Shown: piece after piece, positions 28,757-42,587 of the stretch
Layout of the letters: each line of letters opens with the position of its first letter
Numbering within the stretch: the first letter of the stretch is position 1
NCBI RefSeq assembly: GCF_006345805.1
Contig: NC_043015.1
Coordinates: forward strand, 46,376,001-46,440,000
Origin: Octopus sinensis
Taxonomy: Eukaryota
Length of the DNA: 64,000 nt
Direction of reading: 5' to 3'
The notes under the pieces: model-generated
The model's input: only the letters and a program-made list of their open reading frames with translations
Databases searched by the model: none
What the model was told of the DNA's origin: nothing
Made by a program: the position numbers and the translations under genes

Positions 28757-29002
28757 TTGTGTTTTTTCACGCTGAGAGCTGCTGAAGCATGGAACAAACT
28801 GCCGGCATCAGTTGTTAGTTGTCGGAGCAATGCATCCTTCAAAACTTCCATGCTTTCTGAGATTCGCCAACCTACAACACCTGATTTTCTCTCCCTCCAT
28901 ACCACACAAGCATGTATCTGACTCATATATTGTTCGCTTTCCAGACTTTAAATACGCACTTTCTGACAAGTTGTGGTGCACCTGAGCACTGTATACATAA
29001 TT

Positions 29003-29040
<38 letters not shown>

Positions 29041-29060
29041 ATTATTATTATTATTATTAT
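28757..29060 (+). mobile_element. CR1-type LINE 3' end with (ATT)n tail
   Basis: FFTLRAAEAWNKLPASVVSCRSNASFKTSM is typical of a CR1 ORF2 C-terminus (FFxxRVxxxWNxLP). A UTR and (ATT)n follow. Confidence 0.75.
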
Positions 29061-29909
29061 TATTATATTATTATTATATCATCATCATTATTATTTATTA
29101 TTATTATTATTATTATTAAATGTTAGTTTATCTCAAGAAGAAATCTGTTTTTGTTTTAGATTTTATGAAAAACTGTCTTATCTGATTATAGTAAAGCCAG
29201 GAACTAGGATGCGTCCGGTTACTTGTATGATTTGGAACTGTTTACTCAGACTGTTTAGCCATATTGCTCAATTTTCCAACTTAGACCCTTCGCATCGTGT
29301 TCTCTTTTCTGTGTTCTTTACCGACTAAATTTCTTCCTTTCAAAATTTCTGGGGTTTTTTTGCCTAAATAAACTATTACCGCTTCTGTTGGTTTTAGTGT
29401 GCCTAGCTGAGTTGCGTTTGTACAGTCAGGGGTTGGTCCTATACTGTCGGTAGCTATTTGAAGTTATTGTCTAACAGAATCGGGGCTAATCTTTCAGAAT
29501 TAAGTAAGGTACCAAGGTGGCAGAATCGTTAGCATGAAGGGCAAAATGCTTAGCGGCATTTCATTTGTCTTTGCATTTTAGGTTCAAATTCCGCCGAGGT
29601 CAACTTTGCCTTTCATCCTTTCAGGGTCGATAAAATAAGTACAGAGTTGAGCACTGGGGTTGATGTAATTGACTTACTCCGTCCCACAAACTTGCTAGCC
29701 TTGTGACAAAAATTGAAACAAATATTTTAGAATTAAGTAAGACGGTGAGCTGGCGAAATCGTGAACACCCCGGACAGGATGTTTAGCGGCATTACATCCG
29801 TCTTTATATTCCAGCATCACTGATCATGCATCTCACAGCATCCGCGAGATATATCTTGGAACTAAACAATTTCTGGAAACACGAGTTAATAACCTGTATA
29901 TGTGTAGCG

Positions 29910-30230
29910 TGGAGGCGCAATGACCCAGTGGTTAAGGCAGTGGAATCGCGGTCGGAGGATCGCGGTTTCGATTCCCAGACCGGGCGTTGTGTGTGTTTAT
30001 TGAGCGAAAACACCTAAAAGCTCCACGAGGCACCGACAGGGGGTGGAGGCGACCCCTGTTGTACTTTTTCGCCCCAATTCTCTCTCACTCTCTCTCTCTC
30101 TTCTTGTTTCTTGAGTAACGCTGCGATGGACTGGCGTCCCGTCCAGTTGTGGGGAACACATACACCACAGAAACCGGGAAACCGGGCCCATGAGCCTGGC
30201 TAGGCTTGAAAAGGGCGAAAAGAAAGAAAG
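29910..30230 (+). mobile_element. SINE family A, tail type 3 (Meta-like)
   Basis: TSD atgtgtagc. Contains gctgcgatggactggcgtcccgtccag...agaaaccggg. Confidence 0.85.
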
Positions 30231-30624
30231 ATGTGTAGCACAGTGATAAACAAACTGTAAGTTAGTTCAAATGTTTGTGAGATCTTTTAACATCAGCTTG
30301 TCAAATTCACTGCGGTTTACTGCGGAGAAGATATTGCGTATGCTAAAAAGTGTAAATACAATATTATCAGCTCAGTTGCCCCTCAGTTGCCAACAAAGGG
30401 TGTTCCAAAGGATGTTTAGCGTTGGTGCACGCTAAAACTTTCTGTTACCTAAATTAATTCTAAACTTTAGAATAATTCAAGATAATTTTTTAACACAGCC
30501 TATCTTCCATGGTTGATGAAACTATATTGTAATGGAAACTTGATAAAACGATTACTGACAAAACCCCAAGCTCTTGCAAAAAATGATTTTAAAAGAAACA
30601 TGTTAAATTAAAGGACCTCTTATG

Positions 30625-30984
30625 ATAATTAACGCATTCGAGCTTTGGTGTTGGAGAAGACTTTTACGGATTCCATGGACAGCGAGGCTCACCAATGGAG
30701 AAGTTCTTAAGCAGATCAGGCCGAAAATGTCGCTAGACGCTAGGATCACCGAGCATAGATTGGTATATTTTGGTCATATTGTGCGGAGAAAATCCCTGGA
30801 GAAGGACATTATGCTCGGAATGGTCAGTGGCAAGAGAGGAAGAGGCCGACCAAGAACCCGCTGGCTTGATACCATCAAGAGTGATACAGGAATGGACATA
30901 GCCAATCTGAAAGAAGCGCCCAGGATAGAACTGACTGGAGACACTGATCCAACGAGTAACCGAGACTCGACTTCGACTGAGCGG

Positions 30985-30985
<1 letters not shown>
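30625..30985 (+). mobile_element. RTE (BovB-like) LINE 3' fragment
   Basis: INAFELWCWRRLLRIPWTARLTN...YFGHIVRRKSLEKDIMLGMVSGKRGRGRPRTRWLDTI, ending in a microsatellite tail. Confidence 0.9.
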
Positions 30986-31027
<42 letters not shown>

Positions 31028-31036
31028 ATATATATT

Positions 31037-31238
31037 ATGCGGAGAAAATCCCGGGAGAAGGACATCACTTGGAATGGTCAGTGGCAAGAAAGGAAGAGGC
31101 CGACCAAGACCCGCTGGCTTGATACCATCAGAGTGATACCGGAATGGACATAGCCAATCTGAAGAAGCGACCCAGGATAGAACTGACTGGAGGACACTGA
31201 TCCAACGAGTATAACCGAGAGTCGACTTCGACTGAGCG

Positions 31239-31290
<52 letters not shown>
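31037..31290 (+). mobile_element. Second, indel-riddled copy of the same RTE 3' end with (GATA)n tail
   Basis: Near-duplicate of 30782-30985 with many small indels. Confidence 0.8.
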
Positions 31291-32559
31291 TATACCCTCT
31301 AGCGGTTCTCTCCCCTTAAGGAGAATATTCACCCTCTCTCTAATCTCTCTTTCTTCTCCTCATCCTCCTCCTCCTCCTCCTCCTCCTCCTCCTCTTACTC
31401 CGTAGGCGACTATAAGCTGCAACAGCAACAGGTTCCAGTCAAATTCCCACGTGCATATTAAATTCATTTTTAGGAATTTTAATAAAATCTTTCTTATCAA
31501 ACTGCTTCCGGCTAATAGATGTTCATGTTACTGAATTTTAATAAAAAGAATAAAAATAGGGGAAAATATTTTACAAATTCAATATTTTTTACTTGAATAA
31601 GCTTTCTCGAAATATTTTAATATATCTTCATTAAAAAATATGTTGTGAATGAGAAAATTTTATGTGCAGATTTCGTCATCTCCTTGCTTTAATACAATTA
31701 CTTCTAATTTTGGTATAAGGGACAGGGACTAGTCGATGCTATCGCTCCCAGTGTTCATTTGGTAGTTTATCTTATCGTCGCCAGGGGTGGGGATGAGAGC
31801 TTCTTTCAGTTTCCGTCTACCAAATCCACTCACAAGGCTTTGGTCGGCCCGAGGCTATAGTAGAAGACACTTACTGAAGGTGCCACGCAGTAGGACTGAA
31901 CTCGGAACCATGTGTTTGGTAAGCAAACTACTTACCACACAGCCACAACTGCGCATATATACTCAGTTATAAAATATTAATCTGTTTGTCTTTGTATTAA
32001 ATATGAAAGTGATGCAATGTCAAACTAAATTAATAGCCATAACACATCAGTGTACAGGTTATTGCTAGCGCATCGGACAAAATATTTAGTGGCGTTTCGT
32101 CCGGTTATTTACGTTCTAAGTTCAAAACTTTACCGAGGCCGACTTTAGCTTTCATCTTTTCGGGGTCGATGAAATAAATACCAGTGAGCCCTGGGGTCGA
32201 TGTAATGAATGTACTCTCTCCCCCTAAAACTTTCTAACCGTGAGTCAAAATCTGAAAATGTTCATATCATTTCGATAAAATAAAATACCAGCCAACTACT
32301 GGGGTCGATGCAATGAGCATGCTTACCACTCCTCCTAAAATTGCTGGCGTTGTGCCAAATTTTCAAGCCATTACTGTTAATAAAATTGTTTGGAAATGGT
32401 GGAATCTAGAATCATTTAATTACAAAACCTGCTGACGAATTATCCATTATCTTTTATGAGAATCTCTTTATATGTAAGCCTTACAAAATATTTCATATCA
32501 AACAGCACAGAATTACGCTCATATTAAATCAGATAGTTTTTCCATTGCTTTTAATTCAT

Positions 32560-32735
32560 TCTTTGTAAGATATATCTAGGCTGATAGACTTTCATCCAAT
32601 TAGTAGCATTTGAAGCACACCAACATATCCAAACGGAATTTACCTTAATGGTTTCCTTACTAGTTTTGAGTTGATTCATTATTCTAAAGCCGCGCTCACA
32701 ATCTGTACAAAGCAAATAAAAGGATTCCTTTTCAG
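32560..32735 (-). mobile_element. hAT transposase C-terminal dimerisation domain remnant
   Basis: CTDCERGFRIMNQLKTSK resembles the hAT motif SxAxCERGFSxMNxIKTxxRNRL. Confidence 0.55.
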
Positions 32736-35244
32736 TGTTTTCTATAATTAGCAAGTTTGCAAAATTTGCTCAAAGAATATTCTTTTCTACTCTAAGCACA
32801 AGGTCCGAAATTTTGGGGGAGAGTGGGGGGAGACAGTCGATTAGATCGACCCCAGTACGCAACTGGTACTTAATTTATCGACCCCGAAAGGATGAAAGGC
32901 AAAGTCGGCCAAAACGTAAAGACAGACGAAATACCACTAAGCGTTTCGCCCGGTGTGCTAACGATTCTTATTTTTTTATTGCCCACAAAGGAGCTAAACA
33001 TAGAGGGGACAAACAAGGACAGACAAAGGGAAAAAGTTGATTACATCGACCCCAATGCGTAACTGGTACTTAATATATCGACCCGAAAGGATGAAAGGCA
33101 AAGTCGATGTCGGCGGAATTTGAACTCAGAACGTAGTTGCAGACGAAATACCCATTTCTTTACTATCCACAAGGGGCTAAATACAGAGAGGACAAACAAG
33201 GACAGACAAACGGATTAAGTCGATTACTCGACCCCAGTGCGTAACTGGTACTTATTTAATCGACGCCGAAAGGATGAAAGGCAAAGTCGACCTCGGCGGA
33301 ATTTGAACTCAGAACGTAACGGCAGACGAAATACTGCTAAGCATTTCGTCCAGCGTGTTAACGTTTCTGCCAGCTCGCCGCCTTATTGCTCAAAGAATAT
33401 TACCTAAGCTAAGTTTGATATCATTTTCTGTTTAATTCTTTCTTTGAATGGAAAATCTGAAATCACTAAAATGCATAAGTCTTACTTATTTTTTTTTCTG
33501 GTTTGGTAGAATGCAAGTTTCCAGAATCGATTGCGCGACCGACAAAATGCTTAGCGGCATTTCTTCCGGTTCTGTACGTTATAAGTTCAAATCTCGGGTA
33601 TGTCAACTTTGCCTTTCACCTTTCCGGATTGATAATATAAAGTACTAATCAAATACTGGAGTCGTTGCGATCGACTTCATCCCGCCCTTCAAAACAGCCC
33701 CCTTCGAAACTCGCAGTGATCTCGGCCACTTAGACGCCACAGACACCGTGTGACCGGCCTTATGAGTGCTTGAACCCGAGAAAAGAAAATGCTTATCACA
33801 GGCGTGGCTGAGCGGATTAGAAGTTTGCTCCTCCCCGATCATGTGGTTGCAGGTTCAGTCCCACTCTATGGCACCTTGGTGAGGTGTCTTTTACTACAGC
33901 ACCGTGTCGACTAATGTCTTCAGAGTAGATTTAGTAGATGGAAACTGAAAGAAGCCGGTCCTGTAGATGTACATATGCGTGATTGTGTATGTGTGTTTTT
34001 GTATCTGTCAATCTGTATGTGTGTGTGTGTGTATGTATGTGTGTATGTGTGTGTGTGTGTGTGGTGTGTGTGTGTATCTGTGTGCATAGAGAGCCATACA
34101 GACAGAGAGAAAGTGATGGTTATAGTTTCACGCTGGCGTGCAGTACAATGCTGCTGGAAGATGTTCTTAGATATACTGTTGTGTGACAGGTACAAGACCT
34201 CTTCAAAGTTGTGTCGGAGTTAAGTCACTACTCGGAGTTACTAATTCATGAGGATCAGAAACAAGAAGCTAACGCAAACCCAGCCTGTACACACACACAC
34301 ATATAACTTTCCTTTCATTCATACATTTATGTGAACATAAAATACATTCTTTCATTATGTTTGCGAGTCTAATCTACAGTAGCAAAGGAATATATATATA
34401 TATACATGTACATATATATATATAAACATATATAAACAAGAGAGACAGAGAAAGGCAGAAACAAGAAAAATGCCACTTATATTTGAACACTATACAAATA
34501 CTCCTTTAAAAAAACTTTTCTTTTAATTTTTCTAAATTTAATTATTTAATCGTTACAGTTGAAAAGGTCCCAAATGACTGAAACCGGTACTGAGATGTTC
34601 TTTATAAAATTATTTTAGCATTTTCTATCTTGACTTGTTTTTTCATATATATATATATATATATATGTTTATATATATTTTCACTCCCAAGGAGGTATAA
34701 TGGCAAAGCTTGCATGGTAACCGATGAGATAGAGTGGGGGTAAAGCAAGGAGACAGGCGGTGGGGATGGAAAGAGGAAAAGCAACTGCGTTTTATTAATA
34801 AATTGATATAGAAATTCTTTAAACCGAGTAAACTTTGAAGTTCACTAATTCAAAAATTACTTATGTATAACTCCATTCCTTTGAAAGTTACATAATTGAT
34901 AACGGCAAAGCAAATCGCAAAAGTCGGCCGCCATATTGAAAGCAAGCTGAAGGGGAAAAAAAATAAACATGACGCAACAACGAACTAAGATGTCAATGAT
35001 TTCATGTGACGCAAGAATTAAATGAAATAGGTTTTAGAATAAGATCCATAAGACTAATAAAGCATGTTCATCTTCAGCAGAGGAATATTTCAACAGATTA
35101 CATGATCTTTACAGATTCTATTACAACATGGCGCCAGTTGGATAATTAAAGCAGCAAACTGTGAATTGTTATCCTCGCTGTCAGTGTTTCACTTTTTTAG
35201 TTAGTCCAGCCCATCTCTATGCCGTTGTCTTTATTTTCCCCTTA

Positions 35245-35306
<62 letters not shown>

Positions 35307-35429
35307 CGCCATGATACTTCTCTCAAATAATTATTTCATATGTCATCTTGTCTTTCTACTTTTCAATTATTCCTTGTTATTTTAATGCCTGTATCATTCC
35401 GCGTACTTCTATACGTGTGTGCATCGGTA

Positions 35430-35466
<37 letters not shown>

Positions 35467-35664
35467 ATCGGTACGTTTGTGTGTGTGTGCGTGTGTTTGT
35501 GCAATTTGTAGTCTGTAAGCGATTTTACGCAGTAACTAAGAGTTTCATATCTGATTAATAGTCAATATGAATGAATATATAATCATCAATAATTTTTTTT
35601 ATTTGGTTTGAATATTAATCAGTCATTGATCTTTAAGTGACTGCACATTATGTACATATACATA

Positions 35665-36365
<701 letters not shown>

Positions 36366-37629
36366 ATACATATATATGTATGTACAATTGTAATACCTGT
36401 GTTAAGAGTTCTATTTTCGTTTGTGTAAACAGCCTTAATATACACATATATGTATATACATTTGCACACGATACATTCTACTCCACTCTAAGCAACTCAT
36501 TTTTGGCGAATTTCTCTAGCCTGACATTAGTTGACGCGAACACAACCCGATTAATTAAATATATATCTCAAAGAATCCAAATTTGAAAATGAATATATAT
36601 TTGTTTACTGCCCACAAGGGGATAAACATAGAGGGGACAAACAAGGACAGACAAAGGAATTAAGTCGATTACAACGACCCCAGTTGCGAAACTGGTACTT
36701 TATTTATCGACCCCGAAAGGATGAAAGGCAAAGTCGACCTCGGCGGAATTTGAACTCAGAACGTAACGACAGACGAAATACCGCTGAGCATTTCGCCCGG
36801 CGCGCTAACGTTTCTGCCAGCTCAGAGCTCTAAGAATCTAATTCTTCACTTATAACAGTAGAACCTGTTGTCAATCGCTGCAAAGTCCGGATTGGTCATC
36901 TCCGATTATTGTTTTAGTTGCTTATATAGCCATGAGAAGACATAGAACACTCCACTCGATCCCCTACTCCCACCTCGGTGTGACCTTGTGGTACCCCCAT
37001 TCTGTGAGGCTCCTAGGAAAGAGGGTTGCACCAGCATGCGGTTGATACTTCTTACAGCCGAATAAACTGACGCCATATGAAATGAAGAATCATTTAAGAA
37101 CGAAACGGGCCGCCAGTTCAGGAATTGAACCGACGAACTCATGATCGTGAGCCAGACACTCTAACCATTACCCACATCAGCGCTTTTAAAATGAAATCGT
37201 GGAAAATTCTACGGGTTAGGGATCGCCTTTTGTCGGTACGAGACCATGTAAGACATTAGAGAAAGAAGCTGAGCTGTTTCTTGCAATGATTACACCTGAA
37301 GCCAAATTTTTCCACAGACCTTTAATATACAACTAGGGATCTCCAATTTACTATATGGACCCTTAGATGTCATATGGTCCTTGAGAGATTACACGGACCC
37401 CGGTTCTGAATCACTGGTTTAGATCATGGTATTTATACACTTAAATATTTAAACATAATTGCTATGAATACGTTTAAATATTTAAATATAATTTCTGTTT
37501 ATAGATTTAAATATTTCAATATGCAGAATTGTAACGATATGGCAGATCATAAGAAATAAGGAAATAAGAAGGCTTGCATGTCTGCAGGTTTGTACACCTT
37601 ATTTCCTCATTTTATATGAATGCTATTAA

Positions 37630-38260
37630 AGGCGGCGAGCTGGCGGAATCGTTAGCACGCCGGGCGAAATGCGTAGCCGTATTTCGTCTGCCGTTACGTT
37701 CTGAGTTCAAATTCCGCCGAAGTCGACTTTGCCTTTCATCCTTTCGGGATCGATTAAATAAGTACCAGTTACGCACCGGGGTCGATATAATTGACTTAAT
37801 CCGTGTGTCTGTCCTTGTTTGTCCTCTTTGTGTTTAGCCCCTTGTGGGTTGTAAAGAAATAGGTATTTCGCCCATCGCTAAGTTCGGAGTTCAAATTCCG
37901 CCGAGGTCGACTTTGCTTTTCATCCTTTCGGGGTCAATTAAATAAGTACCAGTGACGCACTGGGGTCGATATAATTGACTTACTCCGTGGGTCTGTCCTT
38001 GTCTGTCCCCCTCTGTGTTTAGCCCCTTGTGGGTAGTAAAGAAATAGGTATTTCGTCTGCCACTACGTTCTGAGTTGAAATTCCGCCGAAGTCGACTTTG
38101 CCTTTCATCCTTTTGGGGGTTCGATTAAATAAGTACCAGTTATGCACTGGGGTCGATACAATCGACTTAATCTGTTTGTCTGTCCTTGTTTGTCCCCTCT
38201 GTGTGTAGCTCCTTGTTTGTCCACTCTGTGTGTAGCTCCTTGTGGGCAATAAAGAAATAA
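37630..38260 (+). mobile_element. SINE family C trimer (one head plus three body units)
   Basis: Head ggcggcgagctgg, then body units re-starting at ggtatttcg (37862, 38047). Confidence 0.85.
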
Positions 38261-38589
38261 GAATCAGTTAATTATAATTTCATTCAATGTATTCCACTCT
38301 CAGAGTCACAGACTTATTGTAGCTGTCCATCAGTTTTTCTAAGTCCTCTTAAAGAACTCGGAACGTTGGGCCTCCAACGAGGTTTTACACGACACCCTTA
38401 AAGCCAAGAACTTTTCAAAACCTCCTCGTATAATCGTACATCTATGCGTCTATAGAGCTCTGTCAGCAGGGGCCTTGGAACGTGCACGAGTGCCTGTGTA
38501 TGCATCTGTGCGTGTATTGTGCGCAGGCACCTATTCACATCCAAACTGTGGAAATTATAGACGCGAGCCACTGGCAGCAGATAATTCTT

Positions 38590-38689
38590 NNNNNNNNNNN
38601 NNNNNNNNNNNNNNNNNNNNNNNNNNNNNNNNNNNNNNNNNNNNNNNNNNNNNNNNNNNNNNNNNNNNNNNNNNNNNNNNNNNNNNNNN
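38590..38689. other. Assembly gap (100 N)
   Basis: Run of 100 N; the true size is unknown. Confidence 0.99.
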
Positions 38690-39189
38690 CTATCCGATCC
38701 GCTAACACTTACAACTAATTGCTGCTTTAATTATTCAATGACCTCTGCTTACAGCAATCGATATAATTAATATAATACCTATTTACAACTAATTGCGGTC
38801 ATATAATACCTATTAACAAGTAATTACCAGCAAACACTACCTATTTACAACTAATTGAACTGAAGCATTAAGAACATTGATCGTTCTTTGGAAATAGGAC
38901 CCGGTCCAAAATGTTAACGCTCTCTTCTCTCTCGGCACATTTTCCATTTTCTAAAGTTAACGGAATTTATCTTAGTTTCCAGACACAGACCACTACTAAC
39001 CTCTTTGAATTTGAGTGGCTGTTTACCTTTGGATCCATATCATTGGATTCGATCCCAAGTTTTGCTACATAGAAACCACAATTTGATCATGTACGCAAAC
39101 CCAATTTTTATCCAATGAACGGCTGTTATTCATGTGGTAAGTCATGTAGACTTCCCGTGAACACAGCTTATAAGTACAGTCAAATTTAC

Positions 39190-39348
39190 CGCCAATTTCG
39201 CAGAGTGTCGCAGATGTCAGAGTCGCCATGACGTTCTCCACTCTCGCCGGATTCAGAGTGTCTCGAGTCGAGTTGGTGTACACTCTCCTAATAGCTGTTT
39301 TTACTACTGCGTACTCAACCTGGAATGATCGAAGACACAACACGACAC
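39190..39348 (-). CDS. Candidate internal exon of an unidentified - strand gene
   Basis: Acceptors tattcag| (39348) or cattccag| (39319), and donor G|gtaaat after 39190 (phase 1). Open frame VVLCLRSFQVEYAVVKTAIRRVYTNSTRDTLNPARVENVMATLTSATLCEIGG. A short + strand ORF also overlaps, so the strand is ambiguous. Confidence 0.25.
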
Positions 39349-39575
39349 CTGAATATGTATTTGATATGTAAAAAAATTAACCCAAATGTGAAGTTTCTAA
39401 CAAAGACTTTCTGTACGTGTTATATTACACTATTACGGAGATGTTCTTGCATAGCAAGTGGCCTGATCTGAGATCGTGTGCTGGAACGAAAACAATTGCA
39501 GCGTGGAAGGTGTTTATAAGCTATTTAAGAAACACACAAAAAAACCGTTAGATTCACTTCAACATTTAAATTTAA

Positions 39576-39626
39576 TTTGCCAAAATATTTTCGTCGCTTT
39601 GAGACCGCGACCTGTTCACTGACAAA
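39576..39626 (-). ncRNA. Atypical hammerhead-like motif (G3-C8 swap, extra nucleotide after A9)
   Basis: Minus strand reads tttgtca|gtgaaca|g|gtcgc-ggtctcaaa-gcgac|gaa|aatatt|t|tggcaaa. It lies in a ~220-bp insert flanked by the direct repeat atattacact (39422-31, 39652-61). Confidence 0.45.
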
Positions 39627-40470
39627 ATTCCGTGCTGCATCTCTTTGGCTCATATTACACTGTTTTATCTCAATAATTGTGTCGCATGAACACCTTTCCT
39701 AATAATGCAGCAAATAAATTATTTTCTCATACATAAAGAAGCCTTTTTTGTTACAGATCTTTTAGAACTATATTTAGGAAGGACATGTGGAGAGTTGTGC
39801 TGATCTGGTGATAGTGTATGGACAGTTGACTCTCGAGGCAGGGAATACACTTTTAAACTCATTAAAAACCCATAGAAATAGATAGCAACTTCTTACAGAA
39901 GAAAAACATTTCGGGTTTATACAACAAAGAAAACGAGGCAGACTTAGTGTGGGCGAATAACCTGCTAGAAATAGGAACCAAGTCTCCCTAAATTACATCC
40001 TGCTATCTTATAAAAGAACACATTGGATGATATGATCATAGCTATTCTGCACCAAAATAACATTTTTAAAAAGGGATAATTACATTTGAAATATCTTTGG
40101 ATGTGGCTAAACTGGGTTTATACAATAATATAGGAATATAAGGAGGATTGCTAAAATAAGCAATAGAGGTGCTAGTTTTATTGGCTACAATATCTTCTGT
40201 ATAAAACTTGGTCAACAATTCAAAGGAATTTTTTTTTTTTTTTTTCTTTTAAACTAAAGCTAACAGATAAATTCAGTTGACGTATTACTTATGTGGCTTT
40301 GAACAATATTTTCTTGGCGTTGCAGTGACAGCGTAAGGTGAATCTGGCCAGAATTCATGAATCGAAATATTAGAGGCAGTTCGGTATCTGTATCTTGGTG
40401 TCGGAAATTAGTGTATATTTCCTACTTTCTTTGCACTTCAACACTATATAGCTTAAATTATAATATAAGG

Positions 40471-40505
<35 letters not shown>

Positions 40506-40709
40506 ATATATATTATATACCTTTTACGCTCTTTTAATATTCAGTCATTTGACTGTGGCCATGCTGGAACACCGCCTTTAGTCGAGCAAATCGACCCAGG
40601 ACTTATTCTTTGTAAGCCTAGTACTTATTCTATCGGTCTCTTTTTGCCGAACCGCTAAGTTACGGGGACGTAAACACACCAGCATGTTGGGGGACAAACA
40701 CAGACACAC

Positions 40710-40749
<40 letters not shown>

Positions 40750-41183
40750 TCGACGGGCTTCTTTCAGTTTCCATCTACCAAATCCACTCACAAGGCTTTG
40801 GTCGGCCCGAGGCTTTAGTAAGACACTTGCCCAAGGTGCCACACAGAGGGACTGAACCCGTAACCATGTGGTTGGTAAGCAAGTTACTTACCACACAGCC
40901 ACTCCTCCGCCTATAGATATATATTCCGACGAAGCTACAGGGTTATACACAAGCACTCAGCTATGAATGCATTGCATTTTAGAGCAGAAACAGCTATGAG
41001 CTAAAGACGTTCACTACATCATTTCTCGTCCCCTTGTCATTTATTTAATTCCATATTACACTCTGTACTCGACTAATTCTTCTTTTTTTTTTCTGAAGTA
41101 TTTGTATACTGAATTCTTACACCAGGTTATTAGTATCGCTATGCCAAAGCGAAATATCAATAAATAAATAATAATAATATTAT

Positions 41184-41252
<69 letters not shown>

Positions 41253-41401
41253 CTTTTCTACTAAAGGCACAAGGCCTGAAATTTGAGGGGAGGGGACTTG
41301 TCAGTTACATTCCCCCCACCCACACCCACCCCAGTGTTTCACTGGTACTTAATTTATCGAACCCGAAAGGCGTGCTAACGATCCTGCCAGCTCGTCGCCT
41401 A

Positions 41402-41467
<66 letters not shown>

Positions 41468-41529
41468 TAGAATAATAATAATAATAATTAGAATAATAAT
41501 AATAATAAGAAGAAGAAGAAGAAGAAAAT

Positions 41530-41717
41530 TCTAACTGGGCCCCACCTGCAAGGTCATGTGCAGTTTATCTTGATATGAGATCACCATGTCGCGCACATAT
41601 GGTTGTGATGCATGTGCCTGGTATGCCCTTATCAGACGGGTAGTCATGATGGGTATATTGGGCTTCGTATATTTGTACCCCAGTGTCACTTTGATGGCAT
41701 GAACTGCTCTCTCACTC

Positions 41718-41750
<33 letters not shown>
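41530..41750 (+). mobile_element. Probable LINE 3' UTR with (TAA)n tail
   Basis: Non-coding segment ending ...ctctctcactcaataataa within AAT/GAT tracts. The family cannot be assigned from the sequence alone. Confidence 0.4.
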
Positions 41751-41800
<50 letters not shown>

Positions 41801-41807
41801 GGATGAA

Positions 41808-41841
<34 letters not shown>

Positions 41842-41948
41842 CTTTTCAGAAATTCAGACAAAAATTAGACATTTTTCTTTTTTAATACTATTTTTTTTTT
41901 CTTTTGCCCGTTTAACTGACGTATGTCTTCCTTTCTATTATATTTCAG

Positions 41949-42282
41949 CTCGCGTCGGAAGCGCTGGTCTTAGCGTGACGTTGCTCGTGTGCCCCATCTT
42001 CACAGTGATCTGCCGACGGAAATCTCCTCGCATGTGTGCCATTATTGGGGGCATGATTTCGTCTCTTGGTTGCCTCTTTATGGCCTTTTCAAACCAAATG
42101 CAACACATGTACATCAGTCACAGCCTAGTGTTTTCCGTCGGGTGCGGAATTACGTCTACAACGGCCAATATCATGCTCGGTCGATACTTCTGCCGACGAC
42201 GAGAGATTGCTGAATTGATAGCCATGACAGCAATAGGTGTAGGAGCAACCATTATGTCCGTCCTATTCCGGCTGCTCATAAG
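41949..42282 (+). CDS. SLC16/monocarboxylate transporter-like MFS gene, first visible internal exon (about TM2-TM5)
   Basis: Acceptor tatttcag|CT at 41948/41949 and donor AG|gtcagt at 42282/42283. Peptide [47 protein letters not shown]...[37 protein letters not shown] matches MCT motifs (xVGS, IIGG, YFxRRR). It begins in phase 1 and ends in phase 2. Confidence 0.92.
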
Positions 42283-42587
42283 GTCAGTATGTATATGATT
42301 AGTGAAGTGTAGAAGCAAACCATTCCTTTCCGCTTTCTCTTCTTCATTTCTTTTCTCCATTTTTTCCTTTCTTCTCTATTTTTCTTTTCTTCTCTCTTTT
42401 TTTCTTTTTTTACTTCATCTTCCCTCTTTGTTGTGAGATGAGTGAGATGCTGTGCGTTGAGTGAACTTTATCTGAGAACGGTTTCAGTTATCATTGCAAC
42501 GGTGTCATCACGCCTGCAGCTGTTACTAATGCCTCTGAAGTAGACATAGACGTAACACAGGTATGTATCCTGCAGGATAACCAAATC

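Noticed and set aside
38700-38860. Repeated tacctatttacaactaattg motif beside the gap
   Set aside because: A short degenerate tandem repeat at a contig end, with no further structure.
39228-39371. + strand gccATG ORF as the missing first MCT exon
   Set aside because: It lacks the TM1 motif and has no phase-1 donor compatible with the exon at 41949.
40926-41000. ccgacga...gaaacagcta hammerhead-like string
   Set aside because: The stem I partner is absent (cut by an adjacent SINE), stem II is unclear, and there is no NUH triplet.
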